Below, one piece after another: positions 14,182-32,796 of a DNA stretch of 64,000 nt. How positions within the stretch are numbered: the first letter of the stretch is position 1; every line of letters starts with the position of its first letter. A program made the translations under genes and the position numbers. The notes beneath the pieces are model-generated. The model worked only from the letters and a program-made list of their open reading frames with translations, was not told where the DNA came from and did not search any database. Origin of the DNA: Lobosporangium transversale (Eukaryota); NCBI RefSeq assembly GCF_002105155.1, contig NW_019029020.1:186001-250000 (forward strand), in the 5' to 3' direction.

Positions 14182-14556
14182 GTCGACTGTAATAACTCTG
14201 GATGGCAATTCCTCAGTTTTTCTGGTCAACGTTTCACCACTCTGGATGGCTTCAGGCAAAACTATTTAATAACAGAAGCCGAATGGTTTACAGGATTTAG
14301 TTGTAGACAAGCTTATCCTACATCCCACTGAGAGAGGATGGAGGACGGTAGACAAGCAATTCTTTAAGAATACCACATAATGCAAAGATAATAGGTGTGA
14401 AGAAGGATGCGGCGAAATATTCGGTCTAGAACAAAGAGACACATCTGGCCGGCCTCCCATTGATTAAGTCCAAATTTTCTTAACAGGCAAATTTGCCTGC
14501 CGAACATAGAAGTTTCTGATTGAATTTATTATTATTACTATTACTACTATTACTTT

Positions 14557-17500
14557 TTACATAGCAGCACCGCCTTTATCTAAAGCTTGCTCGAGGCCTT
14601 CGAGTTGTTGCTGGAGCTCATTAATCCTGGCTTGGAGTTTGGCCTCTGTTACTGAAAACTCTTGGGATGTGGATGACTCACCATTATTACTTTCATTGCC
14701 ATTGTTGCTCTGCTCTTTGTGGTCATTGAGGCTCTTCAGCCAATCCTGAGCACCCTTCCGCTGGAACTCTCGATGTCTCTCCTCGCGTTCCGTTAGCCAT
14801 GCCCACATCGCATCTTCTTGCTCACGCGCATAGCGCTCTTCTGGACTTAGCTCTGCATATTCAAACGCATTTGTGCCGTCCTCACTTGTATCCATCATGA
14901 ATGAATAGCTGCCCTTGTGTTGGTGGCCTTTGCCGTTTTCACGCATTTGTCCAAGGATGTCACTCTGGATCCGTTCAATCTGTGAAGTGACGTTTGAAAT
15001 CTGAAACCAGATGTAAATGTTGGCAAGCATAACTAGTAACAGGACAGCCACTAGAGCAAAATGAGATGCACCCTCACTATCTGCCGAACTAAACATGCTA
15101 GTGATCCTTGACCAGACACCTCCTATGCCTCCTGCCTCTACTTGATTGTCCTTATTCTTGTTCTTGTTCGGTGTAACAGAAGTCGTGGGGGATACTGGAG
15201 GCAAAGGTTTGTTTACATCCACACCCTCTGCAAGCATATCTTTGTCTAGCTTGTGATTTTTCTTTACGCTACGGCTACTGGTCCGTGACCGTGCAGGGCT
15301 TTGCTTGGGTGTAGATGAGGACACTGTGTCAGCAGTAGCTCCGTTGCTTGAGCCTGATCCTCCAAACTCTTCAGGGTGATCTGCGATGTATTTGTTGATG
15401 CTCTGGTGCAATTCTTTATAATGTGCTGTCATTCCTTCTCCAGCGCCTTTTTCAATCTGACCCTTGATCCAACTACTCTTTGTAAACTCGATTGCACCTG
15501 TCACCACGACTTGGATCTGATTGGGACCTGCCCAGGTGATACAGGTACGGCATTTTGTGGTAAAGCATCCACCAGAAGGAACATCGGGTGTAGACGTTGT
15601 CGTTACATTTGTTACATAGTCATCAAAGTCTTTGTGTTCACAGACATCCGTAAGGGTCGCTTTCGTGGTCTTGGGTCCGATCGGCATACCCAACCATTTA
15701 GTATATTTGGTGACCTTAGTTGAGGTTCCATCAGCTGCATCACGCCAGGGTTCCTCCTGTACATCAGCGCCCTTCATTGCATCACTTGTTAAAAAGCTCT
15801 TGGTGAAATCCGATTCAAACAGGAGCTTCCACATGCTTTCTATTGATCCTGGGTATTTTTCAGACATGTATGTGTTGGCATAATGGCGACCATCCCCGGA
15901 GCATTTGCAGGTTGTGGGGGAATGGTTAGTATTATTTGATGACTTTGATGCTCCTCCTGCATTTAGTCCTGTATCAGCTGCCCCGTTAGAACGGTTTGGA
16001 TCCAATGGTTCCGATCCTATGCTTGGTCGAGATGTCTCAGATGAGTTTTTGCCAACGCCCGATGATTTGCTTTCGATCGAACCTCGTCGTCCATAGTCGA
16101 ATGAAGGGGGTGGAGGTGGTAGTTCCGATACAGAGCGTCCTCGTCCTTTTCGATGTTCTATTAGGAAAACACGGATAATATCAAATTTATCCTCGAATTA
16201 ATTGTTGTCCTTTTGCGTTTGCATCAATGTTGATCATCTCAGTATCTCTAAAGCTACATACCGCTTTTGTTGTCGTCATCATGAATGATAGGTGCAATCA
16301 CCTCTGTTGATCGATAACCAAAAAGAAAAAGAAATAAAAGCTACTCAGTATTGAAACATGTACCCATAATGGCACACACAAAAACATCTAAAAAAAAAAA
16401 AAAAAAAAAAAAAAAGAAATAAAAGAAAAAAGGAAAAACGACAATATCTCTTTTGCTTATTTACCTTTTAGAATCTTCTTCACCACTTTCCTCTTGGATC
16501 CACGTCGTCGATGGCCACCTGTCCAAGGTTTACCATCCGCATCATGTTCATCCCAGTCGGCTTCATCTGCAGTCCAGTGCTGTGAGGCGGATGAGGAGCT
16601 TCTATGCCTGTTTCTCTTTGATTCTGTGGAGGCTACCCGTACAGAACTAAACGATTCGGCATCATCTTCATCCTCATTCAAGGTAGTACTTGATCTGTCC
16701 TGTCTAATGTAGACATTGTTGGTAAGTGCGGATGTATTCGCTGCACACGGGAAGGATTTTCGCCAGGCAGCCATTAATAAGTCATATGCAGTATCACGGG
16801 ATAAGAAAGACGCAAAGAAATGCCCCTTGGTATTAGTAGCAGTGACAATACTAATCGCATTGGGGATCACAAATGCTGTGAGGCGTTTCTCGATAGCGAT
16901 AATCTCGGAAAAGGCAATCACCAGCTACAAATATTTTGAGGGAAATCATGCGGAGATGCGATGCGTGTATAAAGAGATGTATGTTGTGTAGTAATTAGTA
17001 TATGGTCCTTGATACTCTACAAAAACAAAAATAAAACGACATTGAAAGGAAGGCTACGGGTGCATCGTGTTTTTCTCTATTGGATTTGCTTACATTAGTG
17101 ACCCATCCAAAGATGTTGGCATTAAAGCAGACATGGTTCTCGCTGATGTAGAGCCGGCCTTGCACGAGGATCTCCTTCTGCAGAGCACAACCGTAATCTA
17201 TTTTAAATCATAAGAAAAGAGAAGGTCCAAAAGTTCAAGAGACGATGCGTCAGAGCCAAATTCATTTTTCATTTGTCCTTTTTCATTCCCAAGAGATGGG
17301 AACAATGTGATTGAAAATATTTATATGAGCCTCCATCCAAATCAGAAAATAAAAAGATAAAAAAAAAAAAAAAAGAGCATGCTGCGCTGTAACCCACATT
17401 GAGATTCAAACAAAAACAAATTAGGTCTGGATGGACATGGTCAGGCAATGGGGGGTATATTGACCTTTTGATATGCCTCCTTGCAGATAGCTTGAGAGGA

Positions 17501-19004
17501 AGTATAAAAGTGATGAAAAAGAACTTGCAATGATTTAACTTGGTGTATCAAGTCATTTCAAAGCAGTATGCGAGAAGGAGAGAGAGAGAGAGGGAGAGAG
17601 AGGAGGAAACAAAGTTTGGTTGGAATGTTGACCAATGTTCTGTTTTTGAATCTATTATCCGATTTGTTTTTGTTCAATACAATGTAGACATGCAGGTTGG
17701 GCACGACCAAAATAAAAACAGAGCACAGATCGATGGCTAAAAGAAAATGTGGGTCGATTCTCTTTTGCTTTTGTTCTGAACCACACAGCTCGTCTTTCAG
17801 TATGACTTTAACCCTTTTTTTTTTTGCCCAAGTTCTCGGAATAATGTTTGTTCTGAAAGAGAAAAGAAAAGGGGGGAATGGAGGCGAATGAATGGGTTTG
17901 TGGATTTGTATGGGAGGAGGTTTTTTTTTTCTTACCCTCAATCAGCTTTTCTTCTTCCGGTACACTTCGGAAAAGCGCATGAAAGTCGTTGAAACGTTTC
18001 TCGTTAGCATATACGAAATTAATGTTGGCATCGTCTCCCTCATTGCTGTCCCTGCTTAATGGGCCAATCTCGTCATTTTGGACAAAAGGCTGTTGGCCAT
18101 GAGTACCAAAAGTTTCTGGAAAACTGCCTGGACCAGTTGGAGCTGTGTACGTAGAGGGGTCAACATTGTTATTGCTATAGTCTGTGTTGTAGTTATTATA
18201 TGGACTAGCACCTCCATTCATTTGAAATGCCTCCATGGTCATCAGGTCAGACTGAGATGGGTCCATTGTTTTATGTACTGCTGGATTGGTGCTGTTATTA
18301 CTGTACTGAGTATTTGCTGGTATAACAAGCTGCTGAGGGGCGTTATTGCTGTTGCTGTAGTCGGAGGGGAGAGTAGATACAGAAGTGGGAGAAGAGTGAA
18401 GAGTGCTGTCAGCAGGTACAGAAGTAGGCACAGAAGGCGGTGCGCAAGGCAAGGTAGTGGTATTGGTGATTGAAGTAATTGAGGTAGAAGGTAGAGAGGG
18501 AGGAAGGGAATTAACAGTGGACTGTGAAAAGGCCGTTGCAGGCGATGTGGACATTGATTCGTTTTGCGTGGCCTGTGTGCTCTCTTCCGTTACTGGCAAC
18601 ACAGCAGGAACAGGTGAAGCAGCAGCAGCAGCAGTCCCATAGTTGGCCTCATGGACAATGGCATCCACACCTCCATTCTCATGAGCTTGGCCCTGGTCGG
18701 TCTTGTTGCTGCTGGTGTTACTACTGTTAATGTTACTGCTACTCATAATATCCCCATTATCGTTGTCTGAGTTATGGCTGATGCCTAGGATGTCAGTCGT
18801 CTTGTTGGCCACATTACGAACACTTGCCAGGAACCCAGAAGAAGAATGGGATTGTGTAACATCGTCGTTACTGCTTTTGGGCTGCAAGGCTGGGTTCTGC
18901 TGTGATTGATCGAGCTGTGCAGAGCCTTCTTGCTGTAATCCAAGTTGCGGCTGCTGCTGTTGTTGCTGCTGCTCTAGGACTAAGGTATCACCAATGCTAG
19001 CCAT
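14557..19004 (-). CDS. GRAM + VASt (StART-like) membrane-contact-site sterol transfer protein, LAM/Ysp2/GRAMD1 family, about 1091 aa
   Basis: In-frame exons 19004-17936, 17197-17094, 16924-16465, 16303-16262, 16157-14557. GRAM domain (FHALFRSVP..EKLIEDYGCALQKEILVQGRLYISENHVCFNANIFGW), VASt domain (TPDVPSGGCF...KSSWIKGQIEKG), C-terminal TM helix and coiled coil. Confidence 0.92.
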
Positions 19005-20613
19005 TGAGCAGTTGATAAATGATAAAAGAGGGGATAGTCAAGACCAAAGAAGAAGGAAGACAGGAAGTGCAGGTAAGGAATAACGGAATAAAATGCAGTG
19101 TCGTGTGGATGGAAGGTGAGCTATTTATGAAATAAAACTAAGAGTGAGCTGGCTGACTGGTTGATTGTATGAGAGATGAGCAACGAGTAGAAAGATGAAG
19201 TGAGGTGAGGTAGAGGTAAAGTAAACTATGAAAGGAAGGATGACAATGTAAACCGCTTTCTTTTCGAGCGCAAGAAAAAAAAGAAAAAAATAGTAAGAAG
19301 AAGAAGGATGGCAATGTTGATGCAGCTGGTTTTATGAAACTGTCAAAGGAATGTGGAGAGGAATATTTACCATCGTGGCCTTGAAGTCATAGTTAGGCCA
19401 TACTAGCCATGATGGGTCAATGATGCGTGTGCGCCACAGTTGCACACAGCATGGCCATTGTGGAGGTACAAAACATTGGATTTGAGCTGCTTCACGATGA
19501 TGCTGTCTGTGAGATCTGTAAGGTTAAGATTATTTATGTCATCCAAATGTCATTGTCTCAAACGCGATCTTGTCTTTCGTGCCATCAGATCAAGCCTATG
19601 AATCTGTGAAAAGGATACGTCTCCTTTTTCCGAAAATACATTCATTTTTACTTCCTCACGACGTTATAACCATGATGGATCATCCATGGTACATTTGCCA
19701 CTCGCGTGGCTCAAAATAGAAAACGTTACTTTTAAGCCATCTGTGCCTATCTCTTACATTTGCTTCGCCAACAGCCGGATACGGAGTGATCGAATAACTG
19801 TTCCTATATCTGGAGTCTTCTCAATCTGCATCTACAATAATTCTTGCGGAAGAATCTTCATCTCATTGAAGTGAAGCTTTATTAAAAAAAAAAAAAAAAA
19901 AAAAGCTGCAGAACAGGCTAGTGCTGATGCCCAGAAAAAGTTGAAACCACTCAATCCTTCAAAACGCCCTTGTACATTTAGTATGAAGTGTTGCTAGATA
20001 TGTCTCGGTGGTCATTATGATCACAGAGCTAAAGTTGATGTAGCATCAGCATCACTCCCTATTACCCTCTAGTTTCTTGATCTTTGAACTGTATGAGCAC
20101 GGTCAACATTTTCGTACCAGCAGGCCTTCCACCTGTGAGATGGAAATAACAGTTGTGGAGAAATGGATGATGAGGATTGGATCGCAACAAACTACGCTTG
20201 AGTAAATACTAGGTTAGAATAAAGCCTCTAGAGTACTGCTTAAAGATACTCTTCCATACGAGATTTCCTTAAGGCGGAAGGCATCAGCTTGTTATTAGGA
20301 TCCTTTACATATTTATTGTGCTATAGAAATAGAAATATGATTACAATCCCTCTATGAGCCATACACCCGATATTGGAGCAAATGGTCACTGATGCACTAA
20401 AAAAAAAAAAAGAGAAACTCAGGGGCGATGGAAAACGCGTATCATCATAATCAACAAAAAAATCATCTGATGGGAATATGGATATGCTTCCATCACACTT
20501 GCCAAATAAAGACGTCCTGTCCATCTTTCTCAGCCCCTCTCTTTCTTTTCTGTTTCCTTAAAACCCTGTCCCTACTTATATTTCCACCACCACTAAGCAA
20601 TAAACCAGACACT

Positions 20614-22682
<2,069 letters not shown>

Positions 22683-23091
22683 AATATCTCACTCGTCCCT
22701 TAAAAAAAAAAAGCTTTTCACAGCCACTGTACATCCAATATCGAAATAGGACCTTGCTTTTTTTTAAAGACAATGATCTGCAAAGGAATAAACCAAAAAG
22801 AAAAATCAATAATAATAATAATATATATAGTAATATATATAACAAAGTATTCAGGATGAGTCTTTGTTTTTATGGTGATCGGAGCCCCAAGTGACATTCA
22901 TTTTACCCCGCATTCCGTTGCATTAAAGAACCGTCTCCTCTTCTCTTACTTCATTTCCTTATTCTTCTTTTCTTCCTCTTCACTCTTCTTGCAGCAAATA
23001 AGAAAACCTTCATTTATAAGGTCCCTTTGTTCTTCATTTCCACCACCATCATTTACCATTAATTGAGACTTATACTTAACCTACACTAATC

Positions 23092-26077
<2,986 letters not shown>

Positions 26078-26768
26078 AAATTAGGTCCCCACTGTCACTT
26101 TCAACCAATTCTTATGGACAATATGATAGGAAATCATTTGTCTATCCCAACAATGTTTAACCAAAATGGTTGTTATTAATAATTTGATTATCATAATAAA
26201 GTTATAAAAAAAAAAAAAAAAGAAAGAAAAGGTCAGATTTTTTTTTTTTTTTTTTTTGTTTGCTCATTTAATACACATGTTCGTAGACTAAAAAAGAACT
26301 GTGCAAACAAGGATGGTTAAATAGATGCTAAAAGACTAGGAAAGTTGTGGGGAGGGGGCGTAGGTCATACTTAGGGCCAGTAGTACCCTGCAGAAAAAGT
26401 TGGCATGGAATTAGATTAATCGTGCCATTGCTGTTGCCTTCTACTGTCGAAGCGGCAACGGGCAGATGACGGAAGGCGGATAGTGGAAATGATGGTCTCC
26501 ATTATAGTCGTAAATGTCATTGATTTTTCATTTAATCTCGCAGCTTCAGCCTCTCTCATTTCAGACTCGATTCTCTGTCTGCGTAAGTTTTTTTTCTTTT
26601 TTTTTTTTTTTTTTCATGATCTCATTATACATATAAATCTTTTTTCTTTTTTCTTTTTTCTTTTTTTCGTTTTTTTTGTTTTCTTTTTTGTTTTCGTTTT
26701 CTCATTTTGTGGTGTGCAGGTGGGGAGTGGTCGGTCGCTTATTAGATGGCTTGTTCTGTTGGATCTCT

Positions 26769-27132
26769 TTAAAGAATCGTGCATTTTGACTTCTTCTTTT
26801 TGAGATTAGCAGGGGCACCACCATCACGAGCTTGACGGATCATACGGACGACATTGTAGAAAGAGCGCTCGACATTAACACATGTTTTGGCAGATGTTTC
26901 TGTGAACTCGCAACGCAATGCCTTGGCCATCATTGCACCTTCATCGCGAGAGACCTCACGCTCGGTGAGCTTGTCACATTTGTTACCGACCAACATCAAA
27001 GGAACATTATCGGAATCCTTCACACGTGTGATCTGATCCCGGAATCGTTTTATCCTCTCGAATGTTGAGCGCGCAGCGATTGAGTACACCAAAAGGAATC
27101 CCTCGCCATCACTATTATTATTATTATTATTT

Positions 27133-27174
<42 letters not shown>

Positions 27175-29535
27175 GAGACATGTTATAATGAGTTTCATAT
27201 TGCCACAAGTGAGATGACTGCATTTTGTCCCTGTTTGTGTTAAACATACCGAATCCATTGATCGCGCAAAGCAGTATATTCTTCTTGACCGGCTGTATCG
27301 AGAACTTCGAGAACACAGGATTGGTCATCGATTACAACTTGCTTTCTGTACGAGTCTTCGATAGTAGGATCATAAGTCTAATATTTTGTCATGGATTTAA
27401 TTAGTATTGTTGAATATGTATATTTGATGCATGCAGAAGATATATAAAAAAAAAGCGCATGGGGCAAATAACTTACCTCTGTTGTAGATTGAAATAATTA
27501 TTATCCATTGAAACATATTCAGTAGATTCACGAGGGAAAAGAAATGGAAAATGAAGAAAAGAGCATCAGATACTGTCGTTGTCATTTCTAATACCACATG
27601 GTGTAAACAAATGAAATGATGTTGTGCTGTTCCGGTCATCAAAAGTGGCAATCAGCTGTTGGGTGTGAAAAATCCATTGGGAGAAAGAGCCGGTGTGGAC
27701 TCAATTGCCTATTCACGCGCACAAATTCTCTCACACCCATCGGAGTTTCAATTCTGTTGCTCTGAGAGCTTTTTTTTTGTTTTGCTCAGACCAAACGGAC
27801 CAAATGATAAAAAAAAAAAAATCGACAAGGTGTTTGTTTGTCGAGAGAGAGAGAGAGAGAAAAAAAAAACAGTAATAAATAAACAGATTATAGGCAACTG
27901 TAATAGACCTTATGCACATACCAACAAAGTGATTTAAGCACAACTGTTTGAGCCGTAACGGAAAGATACCGAAAGATAACATGAAATGAAATATTAAAAA
28001 AAAAAACGTTAGTTTACATGTTCATATGCATCTCATGAGCAGTTGTGTTCAAATATCAAGGACAATTGCCCATTTATCTTCAGCACGATAAAAGATAATC
28101 CAAAGTGGAAAAAGCCTAGCCAATCGCTTTTTTTCTTTCTTTTTCTTTTTTTTTTTTTTCCTACTTTCGAAATGAAAGTAAGAGCGTGTAATGAAAAGAT
28201 TAAACAAAAGACGATTTGGCTAATTATCTGTGATCAGATTAGCCCGTGGAACGTGTACGCGCGGAAGACACGCGAAATATACGGATGATGGGCTGACAGA
28301 CTATGTAGCCTGCAAACAGGCAATTGTCCTTTCTTCAAATCATCATGAACATTTAGTCATTTTCAACTTGCCTGAATTGTCAATGCAGTCTATGAATTCC
28401 GAAATCCCGAGATACATCATTGACGTGGATCGTTTTTTTTTTTTTTTTTTTTTTTGCGATAGTCAACAGGAATAAATGGTGCAATGAATAGAGCGGATCC
28501 GAACAGATGAAAACGGCAAGGCATACACGAAAAACGGATAATGACAACAAGGCAAAACGGTTATCCAGGGCAGGAGAAAATACCGGAGAAGGAAAAAAAG
28601 AAAAAGTAATTGAGGACAAAGGTTAGAGGATGGATGTGGTTCCGATAAGATGGATTAGTAATAACGAGTCAACCCAAGGACTCTCTTTTTTTTTTTAATA
28701 GTGTAATAGACAGCCAAGTTCAAGATCTGAGAGGGGCGTATTGTTGTTAATCTGGGTTGTGCAAGTGATTCGGATTGTGTTGATGATTGACAATCAAGAT
28801 GGACAGTGCAACTGCGAGGACACACGAGAAAAGGGGCTCATTCAAGTCTGAGCGAGTGGCCTTGTTTCGGTCCCGTTGAGACACTTTCGCCACTCAACCC
28901 GCCGAATTTCGATTCAAAAGAGGGAGTGGCGATGTTGAAAAGTAAAAGAAGTAATAATAGTAATTGGTGTAAAATGATGATATATACCTTGCCAACACCT
29001 CCATCCTAATAATAAAGTAAAAAAAAAAAAAAAGTAAAAAAAAAAAAAAAAAAGATTAGTAAACAATGAAACGTGTTTTTCTTTTTAATATTAATGATGA
29101 TTATTATTTGACAGGTGGGTTCATGTGTCTTCATGTGTGTGTATGTATTAATCGATGATCGTTGTATGAAATTAGTTTTGGTGTTGCATGTAAAAAATGT
29201 TATTAAAATTAAAAAAGAGTTGTTGTTGTTATTGTTATTGTTATGCTATTGCTATTGCTATTGTGATTGTTATTGTTTTTGCTATTATTGTGCTGTGTAT
29301 GCCAGATAACATGACTAGACATTAAAACGACGTTGTAAATGTGTATATGTGTATATGTGTATATCTGTTATATCTGCGCTATATCTGTATAGACATTTAT
29401 ATAGATATAGATATAGATATAAATATATATATATAAATATACAGTATAAATATGCATTGTTTCTTTTTTTGAGAGATGGTTGCTTTATTCTTAAAGTGCA
29501 CTTACTCCAAGAACAACCAGTTTGTAGAGCATCAT
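26769..29535 (-). CDS. RAS2: Ras GTPase, fungal Ras2/RasB type (186 aa), seven coding exons
   Basis: Exons 29535-29506, 29005-28988, 28389-28372, 27943-27922, 27478-27477, 27377-27250, 27111-26769 total 561 nt. Product [43 protein letters not shown]...DTAGQEEY...NKCD...ETSAK...[10 protein letters not shown] (CAAX box). Confidence 0.93.
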
Positions 29536-29713
29536 CTTGTTTAATGTGTTTTATGAATAGAACAGCAAAAGAGATGAGAAAGTCTGCAACTATATTATAT
29601 GTAAAATGAATGTGCTGTAGAGAATAAAGGACAATGTAATATGCCGTTGTAGAAAGGGTTAAAAAATAAAATTAAAATAAAAAAAAAAAGGGCGGGGAAG
29701 AAGAAGAAGAAGA

Positions 29714-29747
<34 letters not shown>

Positions 29748-30028
29748 GGAGAGAGAGAGAGAGAGAGAGTAGTAAACTAAAAAGATGAAGTCAAGTGAAT
29801 GTGAGGATGAAGAATGAAGGAACGGATGAAAGAGATGAAAGAGAGAGGAAGAAGGAGATAAAAAAAAAAATAAAGAAAAAGAGAAAAAGAAATAAAGTTC
29901 TATTCAAAAATACATTGAATAAAAATAATATTAAATAAGATAGAATAATAGAATACTATAAAAGTACTTTAAAGATTAAATAAAAGTAAACGACAAAATG
30001 TTGGTTCCCCAACTCCCGCCACAAGAAC

Positions 30029-30062
<34 letters not shown>

Positions 30063-30448
30063 GGACTGGGTGACAAACAAGAGAGCAATGGACGCAGGGC
30101 AATGCGGACAGCCTTTGCTTTACTCTGTACAACATGGGCAACAAAGTAACTGACCAAGCGCACCAAGAAGAGTTCGATTAAAAAATAAAAAAAAAATAAA
30201 TAAAAAAACGCGCGATTGTACACAACAAGAGACGCGAACAATGGGAGAATACCCTATCCCTATTCAAAACATATTGGAAAGTAAAAAAAAAAAAAAAAAA
30301 AACCAAAATGGTCAGAGTTCTCTGCCCATCTGTTGTCTGTCTTTGAACCATCGATTTGAATAAATTTATGCATGTCTCTTTCGCTTTCGCTCGCGCGCAT
30401 GCTGCAAACCAAAGATACATCCATTTAGTTTTCTTTTTTTTTTTTTTT

Positions 30449-30502
30449 TTTTACTTTTACTTTTACTTTTACTTTTACTTTTACTTTTACTTTTACTTTT
30501 AC
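30449..30502. repeat. (TTTTAC)9 microsatellite following a poly-T run
   Basis: Read directly from the sequence. Confidence 0.9.
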
Positions 30503-31939
30503 TTTCAGCCTCTGTTCACTCGCTGTGCCTTTGAACAAGTGGACTGAACCAAAAGCCGTTATGCTTACTACATAGGAGGTGTACACCGTTCCTGATGCTC
30601 ATTCCCTGATCCGTTCTTCTGCTCTGTGTCCAATGCTGGACCACAGCACTTTCCTCTCTCGTCAACAACCATCATGTTGCATCTTTTTCATAATTCCTTC
30701 AGCCTCTTTTTTTTATTTTTTTTTTTTTATATACTTTATTTTATTTTATTTTTATTTTTATTTTTTTTTTTAAAGCGGAAACTTCCTAGTCAATGGTTAG
30801 CACGGCTCAATTGTACGTGCAGTATATAGGCAATGAAGTATATCTGGCAGGTTAGGATCCCTTTTGCAATGAAATGAACAGGCATTTATCGGATTAAATA
30901 AAAAAAAAAGAGCAGACCATTGTCTGCCTCTTTTTCCCTTTGTTTTCCTTTTTCTTCATTTAGGCTTCTCTTCTCTTTCACACTTCCTTAATGATGCTCT
31001 CAGCTCTCTATCAAAGGCAACCATAGAGAGAGACGGATGGACAGGGAAGCATTCTGTTCCCTTGGATTATTGGTACTGAATGCGGATACATTCGGTTGAA
31101 TGTGAGGGTGCACCAGGCCTAAACTGTATATTGTTTTGTGTACAGTCGCCTGGAATATTATTCCATACACCATACGATCTATCCAGATGCAACTGTTTAT
31201 AAAAATATGCTTATTGTCTATGCTCTGTACGTCTGTTGGTGTATCAATCGCGCGTTGTCTTGCTTTTTTGTCTCCTCTTTTTGTCAACCTCATTGGCCTT
31301 TCCCCCTCTTCCTAGTCTGTCTCTTCTTGATAGTCATCGCTCTCGCCGCCTTTTTTTTTTTTTTTTTTTTTTTTCCCCTCCTCTTCAACAAACTGCGGTC
31401 CAGCCTTTTTCAGCTGTATCGACTATCTATCGAATCCAGGTACTAGTGCATATCCCAAAGACCAAAAAAGACGAGCGGAACAAAATCCTTTGTTCGCGAA
31501 AGGATCATGTAAGCATTTTAAAATAATGCGTGCTCTCATAGAAAACTGGGATATTCAAAAATATCCAGGTCGGCAACAGCTGTTTAGAACCAACCTATGG
31601 GATGGCGGAGAAATAAACGAATTTTTTTATTTTTTATTTTATTTTAGAGCTGTTCCTGCGTATCCAAACTCCTTGATCTATTGGTTCGTTTATTTATCCT
31701 CACCAGCCAAAAAAATAAAAAAAAATAAAATAAAAAGTCCTTCGTCCTTCATCTGCCACTAACCAGAAATGATAATCCCAAGTGCTAGAACAGAATACTT
31801 TTGGATCGTTTAACGCCTTCTCCACAAACCCATTTTTCGTCCAAAAAGAAAAAGCTGCTGAAGCATATGATCAAGGATAAAATGTTGTTAATATCTCTGT
31901 ATCTATTCCTTGTACTTTCTTTACTCGTCAAATTCCCCT

Positions 31940-31970
<31 letters not shown>

Positions 31971-32237
31971 ATTTGACACTTTCCCCTTTTTTTTTACTTT
32001 TTTACTTTTTTACTTTTTTGTATGAACATTTATACTTTATTTACTTCAAAGTTACTCTCGTACAAGACGGAGCATGATTGTCACGAATCATGGGACCCAT
32101 GGCGATCTCCTGAATAATGCGAGAACAAACACTGTTTGCAGGATTAAGTAATATGTCGCCGTCCATTATTCATGCAACCATAAAACACACAATAAGGAAC
32201 CATTCTGTCTGGTCCGTCTCTTCTTCTTTTATGCTTT

Positions 32238-32270
<33 letters not shown>

Positions 32271-32415
32271 CTTCTCCACCCCTAATCTCTCGGCTCTTTT
32301 TTATGATCATGAGGAAAGCAGACAACAGTAGATAAACAGAATCCTCTCTTCTCATTATAAACATTCATCTGTATCCTCCATATCATTGTAAAAGACGAAA
32401 TCATCTTTATCTGTA

Positions 32416-32449
<34 letters not shown>

Positions 32450-32764
32450 TAATAAAAACATGCAGATGGAAGAGGCCTTTGGACTCTATCAACGTCGTCA
32501 ATACACATTATAAAAAGTATTTTGCATATTTAACGGTATAGAAAAGTATGCATTCTAAACACAGAAAGACTCTATCTATATAGATGCAATGCATGTAACC
32601 ACAAAGAATGGCACGAGTATAAAAAATATATATATAAACATTAGCATCGTCAGAAGAGATGATGTCGCCACGTTGACGGTCCGATGCTTCCTTCGTTTCC
32701 ATCATTGTCCACGCTTGCAGACTATCGATAGTGCATGCTATGCAGAGCGCGAGCCCATTTCTTC

Positions 32765-32796
<32 letters not shown>

